Part shown: positions 1 to 10,527 of the stretch, in pieces
Position numbering within the stretch: position 1 is the stretch's first letter
Layout: each line of letters opens with the position of its first letter
Origin: Basidiobolus meristosporus CBS 931.73
Lineage: Eukaryota; Fungi; Basidiobolomycota
DNA length: 64,000 nucleotides
Direction of reading: 5' to 3'
Assembly: GCA_002104905.1 (NCBI GenBank)
Contig: MCFE01000346.1
Span: 25,852-89,851 of the forward strand
Position numbers and translations under genes: made by a program
The notes under the pieces: generated by a model
The model's input: only the letters and a program-made list of their open reading frames with translations
Database searches by the model: none
What the model was told of the DNA's origin: nothing

Positions 1-2212
1 TATAATGCATAACACTGATAAACGGAGATCATTCACTGGCCAATCAATCTTAGAATCGGATGGGTAACGTTTAGGTTGGTTTTGTCGGAATTTGACAGCA
101 TCTAACCCCTTCCTAGCCCACTTGTCACCATTGTTGTCAGAGATGTGGCTCGTATCAAGACCATTACCCTGAGAGTTCCCCAAGGAACAAGAGTACGCAA
201 GGTGACCGAGATGGTAGGGCTTTGGACACGATATCACCCACTGGTCTTGGATTAACTTGCTCATAAACCACAGTGCTGTGAGAAGTTTGAGTACTGGGAA
301 GAGTGGAACTATGCAATGTAAGGAAATCGCGAACATACCAACCTTGATGCATCTACAGTATCAGCACGTTTCTAACCACAATGAATTCCGCGCTATAGCT
401 ATTCCGATCTACTGGATAGCTGGCTAAACGACGACTTCTCAGTTGACGCCTACCCCCCTGAGGCCAAAGTAAGTCGTCAAGGCAATCCACGTGCGCTCTA
501 GTTTACTAAGCCTAACCTCCAAAGAAATCACTGCTACTCTTGAGCAAGAAGCCTGATTATTACGAGTTAATCCACTCCAAGATGGTAATCCATCATCCCA
601 CCCAATAGATGAATATTTCCCCTAACGCCCCTCGATTTAGCCAATATTGTCTCGCAACTCTGAAGAGGCCCTCCGTTATCTTCCGCCGAAGACTAACTCC
701 TTCAGCTCCTTCTTTAATCGCCCTTATACCTCCTTGAAGTCAAAGCTCCGCAACGACTGCTTGTTCCTTTCCGTGATGATATTCCGCAGCGACCACAAGG
801 TATTGCAGACGGGAAGCGGTCTACTCCCAACCCTACTGGTGGTGGACAACTTTGCGGCCAATGGGGGAAAAGACTTCTCCGAGAGCTCCGAGGAGTTTTC
901 GTGGATACTGAAGAGCTCTATGGAATGGGAAAAAACCAACACTTCGGAGTGCTACAACCCGGTTCTTCACAACACATCGAGACACCAGGGCTACTGCACA
1001 AGTCTGAGATTGGCATTTTGTGAGGCGGCGGACAACATGATGAAGATCCTCCCGATCCCAAGACTTGGCCATCTTTACGAGCAGCTGATTGCCCTTCCTC
1101 AGTACAACTCCAAGACATTCTTATCGGTGCAGTACGTCAACGATGCTTTATTGCCCACTATCGCCACGGAGTCGATCAAGAACGGAACACTGAAATGGCG
1201 CTCGATCGAATCCCTGGATCAAGATGTGTATGCACCATGCTACTCGGTCCTCTCGCAGGCGTGGACCTTGTATGCAGCACGAAATGTCAAGCCATCGCCA
1301 GGGTTGTATGTTGGGTTATATTACATGGAGACTGCCACGAACGGGATGAACATCCTGCTTCCCCGAGACCGCAAGCATATGATCCCCATGATCAAGATCC
1401 GGGAGGCTCCTGATCTCAAGGATGAGGAGTGGAAGCTTCTGCTTGAGGCCAAGAAAGATTCCAATGAGACCGATCTGAGTGAAGACATGTACTTCAGTCT
1501 CCAGGCACGCAAGGACGAATCCGCCTCATCCTACTTCAAGTACCAGTTTGCGACGGCCTTCTTGAAATTGCAGCATCTAGTCCGTCTGAACCTGAACGTC
1601 AAAGACCTCTACGATGTGGGGCCGGTCGACTTCCAGGTTCCAAAAGATCTTGGAAAGCTCAGCGGGTTGATGGACACAGTTCGAATCATCCTGATTGTTA
1701 AGCCTCTGCGACTACTGCAGGAATCAAATAGCCTTCAAAGCTACGCCCATCACCCGCGGCTTGCCATGTACCCATTCAGACACTTCGAAACCATCCATAA
1801 CCACATGTATAATCCACAGTATGTGCCTTATCGCCGTAAAATGCTCTCATTCCAAAACCATCTGCATGAGGCCAGGAGAGGGGTTTTGACTTGTGTCCAG
1901 CAACTAAAACTTTCCAGTGGGAAACCCGGGCCACTGACCAAGGAGGTTGCCCTCTCACTGATCCAGGAAAGGATCGACCAATTGAAAAGCACCTGGCCCA
2001 CCATTTCCTGGAGTGTTCGCGTTTTGGACTGGGATCGGGCTAGACAATGGCAGCAGTCAACCAAAACCCAGGCCGTGCTGTCCGGTGGCGACTCGTCTAT
2101 CAAGCGTCACAAGGAAGACGCACCCCTTGTAAACAAGAACCCGGAAAAGATCGCGTGTGTCACCCCCGTGATTGAAGAGTTGCAAGGATACACCAACAAC
2201 ATTCTGTTGTAA
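1..2212 (+). CDS. ANKFN1/wide-awake (Nmf9)-like protein, 5' part outside window; ubiquitin-like/RA-type segment followed by the conserved ANKFN1 C-terminal domain
   Basis: Exons <1-63, 117-213, 274-317, ~399-468, ~525-584 and 641-2212 join in frame through GT-AG introns. Blocks LFLSVMIFRSDHKVLQTGSGLLPTLLVVD, EFSWILKSSMEWE, LGHLYEQLI, PGLYVGLYY..MIKIRE..EEW, YPFRHFETIH and WPTISWSVRVLDWDR match, in order, my recollection of ANKFN1 blocks (LYIAVIFYYKDNILVT..VPIVEID, DFLWFTKLSCMWE, LGRVYYEPI, PGLYLGYLK..VKIRE..EEW, LPLQMFELVH, WREMRWIMDALQYAR). Confidence 0.72.
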
Positions 2213-3168
2213 CCACCTGCGCATGTATCCTACAACAATTTTGATGGAATTCTCCAGCTATTCTGCGAAGTGTATTGCCATATGTGTCTATCATTCATTG
2301 CCTATATATTATATATCCGATTTTGCTTTACACTAATAAACCTTCCCGTATTGGCCCATTAACCCATATATGGTTAAGTTGGTAGAATCTTGGCTCTCTA
2401 TCTATCTTTCGCTGCAACCGGGCCTCCCGACCGTTTAATGTGTATCCCACCTTAGCCGCTGGTGGCCTTGCAACCCGCGGCTACCGATGCCAGCGAAACT
2501 TTCCATTTACCGTTCCACTTGCCCCAGTCCCAGCGCTGTTTTCGCATCAATACTCGTACTACAATTCAGTGATGCGGTGCGTGGTCACATAACAACGACT
2601 TACTCTCCGATAGGGTTTGGTTACCTTATGAACGCTGTACGCCACAGACACAGATATACTCATTCGGCGGATGGTTCAGGAAAGCTCTCGAAATAGCCGT
2701 TGGAATCCTAGGCGTGTGTCACATTCCGCATCGACTGTAGCGCGATTATCGATATGACACCCATCCAGTGCCATGTAGGGAATAAAGTTTTCGAACCGGT
2801 TGGGGTGGTGTCAGCAGATTGCCAGGCTTGAAGATCGCTATCGAAATAGCATCAGTAAACCAATATGCACATGGAGAGCGCAAATGCGGTGAGATTAATA
2901 GAAATCCACAGAGGTGAAGCCCCAATATAAACGGATTTGTCTTAATCCAACATACTGACCATCCATTCACCCAAATAGGCATAATATCCACAAATAATCC
3001 CATCAGATCAATTTAATTTGACCAGCCAATTTTAGATGTGGCCAGGAAGCCAAGACTCTTCGAAATCAAGTGTAGACGACTCCGAAGAGGGATCCTTATA
3101 TATACTCGATTGACCATCCATGTCCAAGTGTATATTCATCTCCGAGCTCCACAAGCTTCTACTCAACC

Positions 3169-4130
3169 ATGCATCGTCCTACTGCCCAACTCTTGATCGC
3201 CGCCGCTTTTCTGGCCCGTGCTGCTGTTGATGCTACTCTCGCCTTCACAGCACCTTTAGGTGCTACATGGAATGTGGGCACCAAGCACACCATTTCCTGG
3301 TTAGTAGAATGACCTCTGTTGTTTGATAATTTGCATGCTCATCCGCTGACTTACGATTGCTTACCAGGACCGACAATGGTGATGGAAAAGAGAGCCCTGA
3401 GACCGTCAATTTCTATCTCGTGAACGGCAACGCCGATGCCCTGCAGCTAGTTGCCACCATTGCTTCTGGAGTCAATACTGAGTCAGGCTCGTATGAGTGG
3501 ACCATTCCTGCCAATATTGCGCCTGGTCAATACGCCATAAGAGCCAACGAAAACCTCCAGTATTCACCCTTCTTCACCATCAGTGAAGCGGATTCAAAGC
3601 CAAGCAGCGCCGAGCCAACTAGCACAGTTTCGTCATCTTCGGCCTCATCCAGCTCGCCCAAAGAAACCTCAACTTCCGCGTCAACCTCTACCTCAACTTC
3701 CACCTCCACCACTGCTTCCACCTCAACTTCCTCCTCAACCAGCAATACGGATAGCAGTTCTACTGCTACCTCCGAAGAGACCAGCGACGCTACCACCTCA
3801 ACACCCACGGAGTCTACAAGCACCGATACCGACTTGAGCTCCACCAGCTCTATCTTAGTTAGTAGCCCCTCGGTAGCCTCATCTACCTCTGAGAGCTCCG
3901 AGGAATTGGTAAGCTCCACCGCCGATGCTTCATCTTCTGAAGCGGCTGCCACTTCTACCCCCGAGCCCACTTCAGCCACTTCCTTGGAGACATCATCTAC
4001 CACAGAACCGGAGAGCTCCACCACCCCCGTCCCTACGGAGGATGCCCAAAATGGAGTTGGGCGAGTGATTCCCTCTGTTGTAGCCATTTCCGCAGCCATG
4101 ATTCTTGGATTCTTCAGCAACCTGGCATAA
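3169..4130 (+). CDS. GPI-anchored Ser/Thr-rich cell-surface protein with Kre9/Knh1-like N-terminal Ig-fold domain
   Basis: ATG 3169 with signal peptide MHRPTAQLLIAAAFLARAAVDA; intron 3300-3367 splits the W codon of TISW; motifs GSYEWTIP and QYSPFFTI; long S/T tract; hydrophobic C-terminal GPI signal. Confidence 0.88.
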
Positions 4131-4367
4131 GAAAATCGGACCCGTCTTCATTCCCACCATTTTTTCATACCCACAGTCGCCTGGATCCATGTAACATTTT
4201 GATGAATAAAGCAATCTTCGAACACACAGAAAGGGGACGCGAACCATTGAAAATCATCTAATTGTTTATTATTATTGCAGAGTTTTAGGCCATGCTTCAG
4301 CGGCCAGTCTATTAGAGTGAACAAAATCGAGGCTATATAAATTACGAGGATAGGATCGGGGGTTGAT

Positions 4368-5116
4368 CTAAGCCAAGGCTAAGAAGGAGCTGGCAAGGGC
4401 AAGGAAGCTCACGAAGATCATGGGCAAGGCAACTGCGTTAGAATCGTTCTTGTGTTCGTCGGATTTGGCCTTAGGTGAAGTGGTACTGGACGAGGATGAG
4501 GAGACGCTAGTGGTGCTTTCAGTCTTGGTGGCCTTAGAGGAAGATTCGGTCTCTGACTCTTTATCGGACTTGGAGGACTTATCCCCAGACTTGGGTGATT
4601 CAGTCTTTTTGGAAGAATCGGAGGAGCTTGTTTTGGTGGCTGAGGATTCGGTTCTATCGGACTTTGAAGAAGTTGAGGTCGAGCTGGCGGATGCCGCGTG
4701 GGACGAGCTCTTGTAGGTGCTGTCAATTTTGAAGCTGTGGCTGTAGACACATTCATTGCCGTAGCAGCCACTGATCACATACGTTCCCTCTACCAAATCC
4801 TTGGGAATGGTCCACTCATAGGAAAGCTTGGATGAATCAATGTTACCAGTAACGGTTCGAGCAATTTTCAAGTCCTTGTCTTCGCCATCAAAGAGCATGA
4901 TGTTCATGGTGGGCATGGATGGAGCCTCGTTCTTGATCTCCCTATAATCATGATTAATCACTAGCACGTGGTACGGTTCCAAGAAATCATAGACACTTAC
5001 CAGGTGATTTCGTGTGTGGATCCAGCAGTCCAAGTGTCTATCTCAGGGCTGGTGAAGTAAACCTTGGCATCGACAGCAGCATAGCTGAGAAGAGAGGCAG
5101 CGAGGAACAATTTCAT
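4368..5116 (-). CDS. Paralogous GPI-anchored Ser/Thr/Lys-rich protein with Kre9/Knh1-like N-terminal domain
   Basis: ATG 5116 MKLFLAASLLSYAAVDAKVYFTSP; intron 5000-4942 splits the W codon of EITW (same position and phase as the neighbour); SYEWTIP, YSHSFKI; S/T tract; hydrophobic tail. Confidence 0.86.
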
Positions 5117-6781
5117 GGTTTGTCCGAACATATTTGAGGATAAGGTGATACCAGATGATTGATGGTTGTGAGAAACTGGTTCTTGGAGAGAGGAATTTAT
5201 ACTTTCCCGCTAAGGCTGCTTTTCACCCAATCCATATCTGGAAATAAACATCACTCGGTCAGTATTTGGAAGCCATCCCCAATTCGGAAAGTGGCCAGGA
5301 ACGTGTCACGAAAGACTGATGATTCGATCCAATCCGCCATTGATCAGCAACCTACCTCATTCTCGACGTTTCCATGAGCGCTGGAAATTTCCTATACGAG
5401 TCAGACAAACAGAGAGTTAACCATATCTGGCTTCTTCCATAGAGTCTTTTTGAAATTTACCGTCAACACGCAGAAAACTCTGAAGAGAAGGCACCCTGTT
5501 TGGAAGTCCACAGTATTTTTAGATCGAGTTGGTTTACTCGTATGTTGTAAAGCCAACTCCTTTATGTGTAGTATGTAGCTCAATACACCTGGTCATGCGT
5601 CCCCAATGATAAGGGAAGCCGAGGCTCTCAGCTTCCACTCAACAGGCTATAGCTTCTTGTCGGTGGTCTGCGGGACAGTGGGGTATATGTTCGTAGTGGT
5701 GACCATTGCAATCAACCAAAGATACTTCCGTGATTGGCATGGCCTATCGATGTGTATCGGCTGGTAAGATGATTGGAGATCGGCTTCACTCCAAACATGC
5801 CAAGCCGTCTAGCACTTGGTGGCAAAACTTTCTTGATTGGGACGTATGTTGTCCGGGAGATTTTCGCCCAAGTTGGGTGGATAATACTTATCGTTGGTTT
5901 CTTTCTCGAACGCGCCGCATAATGATGAAGAGTGAAAGTGCTATACACCATGCAGGGTTGAAAATAGGAAGCCCCTTCTGTCCCAGAGTGACAACACCCC
6001 ATCCTACGAGGAACACTAGAAAACTCCTGAACTCGATACGCCCCGCAGTATGTATACCAACCTTCCATAATTGTTAATATAACAACAACCAAAGGAGAAA
6101 TAGGCCAGTTCATGACATTCCATTTTTGGCATTGTGGGTGGTGTTGATGTTAGTGTTATGGTAAGTATAGATTTGAGCGTGTTTTGCAAAACTTCCAACA
6201 CGTAACGCGGCACATAAGCTTAACATCCATTTACAAATACTTTGCCTACTTTGAGAAGCTCAAAACGTGGAGATTACCATTAACAAACAATGCAGGAAGG
6301 TTCCAAGCCAAGCTTGAATGAATGCCATTGGGTTACTGTTCAACACTCATAACAAACGATCATGATGATATGTATGCTTTTAGATGGATGATTAGCAATA
6401 CATAATATACGTCCGTTAGTTGATTTTTATCCAACTTATACACTGCCAATTATCTTGCAACTGACATATGTATATATGTACTTTCATACGAAGGGATACC
6501 AAGTGTACACGGTTTGCCAGGCAGAGTTCCTCCCTGTGTTTGGGCGAGGTTCATTTGTATTATTACCCAATTTCACCAGTATATACGTTAAGATGGTTGA
6601 AAAAGGCTTTCATTTCGCTTGGATATACATTTTTGCAAAGAAACAGGGAAGTGGGGTTAGTGGCAGAGAAAGTCCTATCAAATAACTGTTGTGAAGAATC
6701 CAAAGGTTTCCTTGCCACAATAGACTATAATACAAGCACCTATTCCATGAGGATAGTCGAACGTCACATTATCACAGATAG

Positions 6782-7051
6782 TTAAGCACCGTGTGAAGGA
6801 AGGACACGTTCCGAGGACATAAAGCTGGAGGTAATTCAGGACATTGATTAGTAACATTTTCAAGAGCACTACAAGTCTTTTCAAGATGCTTACATAGAGC
6901 CGTGGGAGATGGCCAATTGGGTAGCTGCTTGGGAGTTTTCTGAAGCGACATTAATATTATTCTCTAGTCTTTTAAGATTCTTGTTAAGCTCGGTGAGCTT
7001 TTTGGCAAGAGTTGCATATTGGGCCTGCTTGGATGTAGAGTTTTCCGGCAT
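6782..7051 (-). CDS. HSK3: DASH/Dam1 kinetochore complex subunit Hsk3 (66 aa, two exons)
   Basis: Exons 7051-6894 and 6824-6782 with a gtaagc...ccag intron give MPENSTSKQAQYATLAKKLTELNKNLKRLENNINVASENSQAATQLAISHGSIFMSSERVLPSHGA, matching the Hsk3 pattern KQ.QY..LA..L.EL..NL...HGS.F. Confidence 0.8.
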
Positions 7052-8550
7052 TATTTTGGTTCAAAGTTGACTTACAGTATTTTTCTGAATGCGGTCCAAT
7101 TCTTTGGGGATTGTTTTCGTCTTGGTTAGCAATTGCCCCGATTGGACGGGCATTGTTTTGATTAATCACTGTTTAATCTCTAATCAAATTGACTCAGTTA
7201 TGCAAGTCAATTCACTTTGAGCACCATTCTGAACAACATTAGGATTGATACAACGTTGGGGATATCGTCGATTTGCTCGATACCTGTCTAGCACAAGCGA
7301 GGCATTAGTTCCTGGGTACTCTGGTGCTCTATATTCAACAATCCTCCAAATCATGTCCACACTGTTGATTGGGGGCTTATCTACGGCTTTCTGTTCCATC
7401 CTCCACGCTCCCTCAGAGAAATTCATAGTTTCTAGATCCAACCACAGAGCAGTCGCCAAGTAATCCAAGAATGATCGTATGGACCCTTTGGAAAAGTAGC
7501 ACAGCTACCATGTTGCATATCCACCTAACAAATCAATACCAATCATGCGTAAACAGTCTGATCATAGGGTAATTCTCGGTTTGTAGTGTGTTTATTGCAC
7601 GAGTGCTCGATAACGTCATCTTCACTAGATGTTCTGTTTGTCGGGTTGCTAGGATACACAATATACGGCTTACCTTGATATGTCACACCGTTGTTGTATT
7701 TGGGTGCATTATGGGGATGTATATCGACAAGCCGTCTTCGTTCCCACCATGCTCTGTGTTACTGAAACCACAGTCATACCAACAAGTTTGGTGTGGTATT
7801 TGTAAAGATAGCTAATGAGGAACAAGGCGCTGGTTGCACATGCAGCTGCTTTCCTGCTCATTCGACTTCCCATAGCCCCATTCGTTCTCTGGTATGCGCC
7901 TTCGACAACCAAGCTATTAAACCGTTGGTCTCGGGCACATTGGCTACCGCCACCAACACAATTGTGTCTATCTAGTGACAAGATATCCACGTAGCTCATG
8001 GAATTTCCCTATCTTCCCTGGATCATTTCCCTTTCGTGCAACATTCTGGCCTTGGGCTGCTTAACACTGCCTGGTCTGTGGTTTTTGTCGACCACTTTCA
8101 TCATCTAGTTCGAAACAACATGCGATACATATGTTATGGGTGCTAAAATATTATCCTCAACTCAAAACCCACTATTTTAGCATTCCTTCCTGATTCCCCC
8201 GAATATTATTGCTTATTATTATAAACAAGTGTAACCTGCATATGGATAGCACTAGAACAGTCTTGGTAAGAGCGGAACCTCTGGGTCACGTGTCGATGGG
8301 AACACACCGAATTGATTGTGGGAAAGACCCGAATCAGGAATCCTAGGACCGAAGCAGGAATGGAAGAGGAAATTGGGGCCACATCCGGCTAGCCGAGGTT
8401 AGGTAGGTAACGATCCAGGAATCGCCCAATTGGGATGGTTCGGTTCGGACCATGTGGGTAAGAATTCTTTCGTTTTTCTCACTGCCGTTTTTTTCTTAAG
8501 GTTGGTTTCTTTGAAGTACAGACCCAGTCCCTTCCACTACTTTGACAGGA

Positions 8551-9987
8551 ATGCTGACGGAGCCCGCTCCCCAAACCGCTACCGCTTGCACAAAAGAGCT
8601 CCCCCTCTACGAAGCCGAGGGAGAGGCCCGAATGAATCCCAACTTCTTGCCACAGAAAAGCCATCCCATTAGTTGGAGCGATTCGGACGTCGAGAAGCTT
8701 CTGGATTTCCTCCACGAGAATTTCGAAGATTACAGGGAGAAAAAGTCCGACTTCTACAACAAAGCTTCCGAATTGTTTGAGGGGATTAGCCCCATGCAGA
8801 TAAAGAACAAGTTCAAGAAACTCTTTCTCAGATACAGAATGATAATGAAGGAGGCTGGCCAGGCTGGCCCCGAGTATTACAACCCTTGGAGATATTACGA
8901 TAAAATCGACCGGCTTTTGCGGTCCCACTTGGGCCCAGACGAATTCACTCAGTCGGTTGCTACCGAAGGGGGTCTAGGAGCCCCCCCTTCTCCTACCGGG
9001 ACTGGAGCTATTCACAGTGGCCAGCAGCCAGCCCCCACCACAAACTTGCCGTCACAGAATTCTCCCATCACCCCCGCTCAAAATGGTGTAGCGGACGACA
9101 CGCGCGAGAAGGTCATGGCTTTCTTCAACGCAGGCCGCCGAAGTACCGACGTATTCATATGGACTCATACCGAAACCCAGCGGTTGCTTGATTGTCTCGA
9201 GAAGCATTTCGACCTGTATTCCAGGAAAAAGACCGACTTTTACGAAAAGGCCGCGCAGTTATTACCGGGAGTCACCTCATTACAGATCAACAACAAACTG
9301 AAAAAAATGGTTCGCCGGTATCATGATATTCGCAAAAGCCCCACTCCTAGCAACAACGGTGCGGCGACCTGGGTTTATTTCAAGCAGCTTGATCGTATAT
9401 TTCGTTCTAGTTTGGACGGTGGGGGTTTCGATAGTGACAGCAACAGTTCCAATATGGACTCGAATCACCATGAGGATGCTTGCCTTCCGGGGATCACCCC
9501 GGTCGCTAAGCCCCCGAATTCGATAGACTCAAATGGTAATGGTGGGGGCATATCGCTATTTAATCAATTCCCTTTGGGCAATATTGTGCATCGCGTCGAT
9601 AAACCAAGCGTCGTCCCTACACCGTCGACCCCGACCTCTCTTGATCTGGAGACCTTACATGCTACGCCATTTCGTGAGGTGGAGTCGCGCGGTCACAGCC
9701 AGAAGAGACCACGATACGAGGATCATTCAAACCAGGGTATCACTAGTACGACTTCTCTCGAATTGGAGGAGATTTTACGACATTCGGAGCCGGAGGTTCG
9801 AAGCCAACTACTCTCCATCAAACAGAGGGAGTTGACGATGAAGGAGAAGAGCCTGGAGATCGATCGAGAAGTTCGGTTGAAGCAGTTGGAATTCGACCGG
9901 GAAATTCGGTTGAAGGAGCTCGAGCTTGATAAAGAAATCCGTCTGAAGGACTTGGAATACAAGTACTTGCAAAGGCGGCCTTTGTAA
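8551..9987 (+). CDS. Protein with two tandem Myb/SANT-like (trihelix) domains and a C-terminal coiled coil
   Basis: Repeats WSDSDVEKLLDFL..DFYNKASELF..QIKNKFKKL..RY..WRYYDKIDRLL and WTHTETQRLLDCL..DFYEKAAQLL..QINNKLKKM..RY..WVYFKQLDRIF; 11-residue repeats REVRLKQLEFD/REIRLKELELD/KEIRLKDLEYK; probable 5'UTR intron ~8459-8548. Confidence 0.8.
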   Translation: MLTEPAPQTATACTKELPLYEAEGEARMNPNFLPQKSHPISWSDSDVEKLLDFLHENFEDYREKKSDFYNKASELFEGISPMQIKNKFKKLFLRYRMIMKEAGQAGPEYYNPWRYYDKIDRLLRSHLGPDEFTQSVATEGGLGAPPSPTGTGAIHSGQQPAPTTNLPSQNSPITPAQNGVADDTREKVMAFFNAGRRSTDVFIWTHTETQRLLDCLEKHFDLYSRKKTDFYEKAAQLLPGVTSLQINNKLKKMVRRYHDIRKSPTPSNNGAATWVYFKQLDRIFRSSLDGGGFDSDSNSSNMDSNHHEDACLPGITPVAKPPNSIDSNGNGGGISLFNQFPLGNIVHRVDKPSVVPTPSTPTSLDLETLHATPFREVESRGHSQKRPRYEDHSNQGITSTTSLELEEILRHSEPEVRSQLLSIKQRELTMKEKSLEIDREVRLKQLEFDREIRLKELELDKEIRLKDLEYKYLQRRPL

Positions 9988-10089
9988 GCCAGCCCCGCAA
10001 TCGATGCAGATCTGGTTGAACTTCACCCCATCTTTGTCGCATTTGCAATACCTCAGTTGTCCTCCCGATTATCGCGCACCTCGTGTCCT

Positions 10090-10141
10090 ACATACATCCA
10101 TCACATCCGCATACACACACATACACATACGCATACGCATT
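10090..10141. repeat. Degenerate CA/CATA(C) low-complexity microsatellite between convergent genes
   Basis: catacatccatcacatccgcatacacacacatacacatacgcatacgcat. Confidence 0.55.
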
Positions 10142-10527
10142 CACTATATTCGATTGTTTATATCATTTTTGTCCAGAAGCAATGGTTTATTTTGATGTCG
10201 ATTCACTGGGATATTGAGCCATGAGGACAAACCCGCCTGAGAATTGGCTTGGATATATCAAATGGCCTGTAATATACGTTCGTTTTCTTTAGAATATCAT
10301 CCTGCATGCGTGCGTTTCTGGATAAGCCACGCAAAGATGGGTATATGTATGGGAGCCAGTTTCCGGTCTCCGAGGGGATTACGCAACGGAGCTATGGCCA
10401 ACGAGTTGATAGATGAGAGATTCTCGGAAATATGCCAATGTAAATAAACTCTATAATGTATGCTCAATGTTATGCCAGGGGAATGGTGCATAGGCGGCAG
10501 GCTCATTGCCATGAGCTGGACCTAAGT

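Noticed and set aside
3527-4716. Long antisense and alternate-frame ORFs (3527-4120 -, 4420-4716 +, 4418-4771 -)
   Set aside because: Shadows of low-complexity Ser/Thr-rich sense genes.
7184-7468. ORF containing EYRAPE, reminiscent of a kinase activation segment
   Set aside because: No other kinase motifs (no HRD, DFG or VAIK) in any nearby frame.
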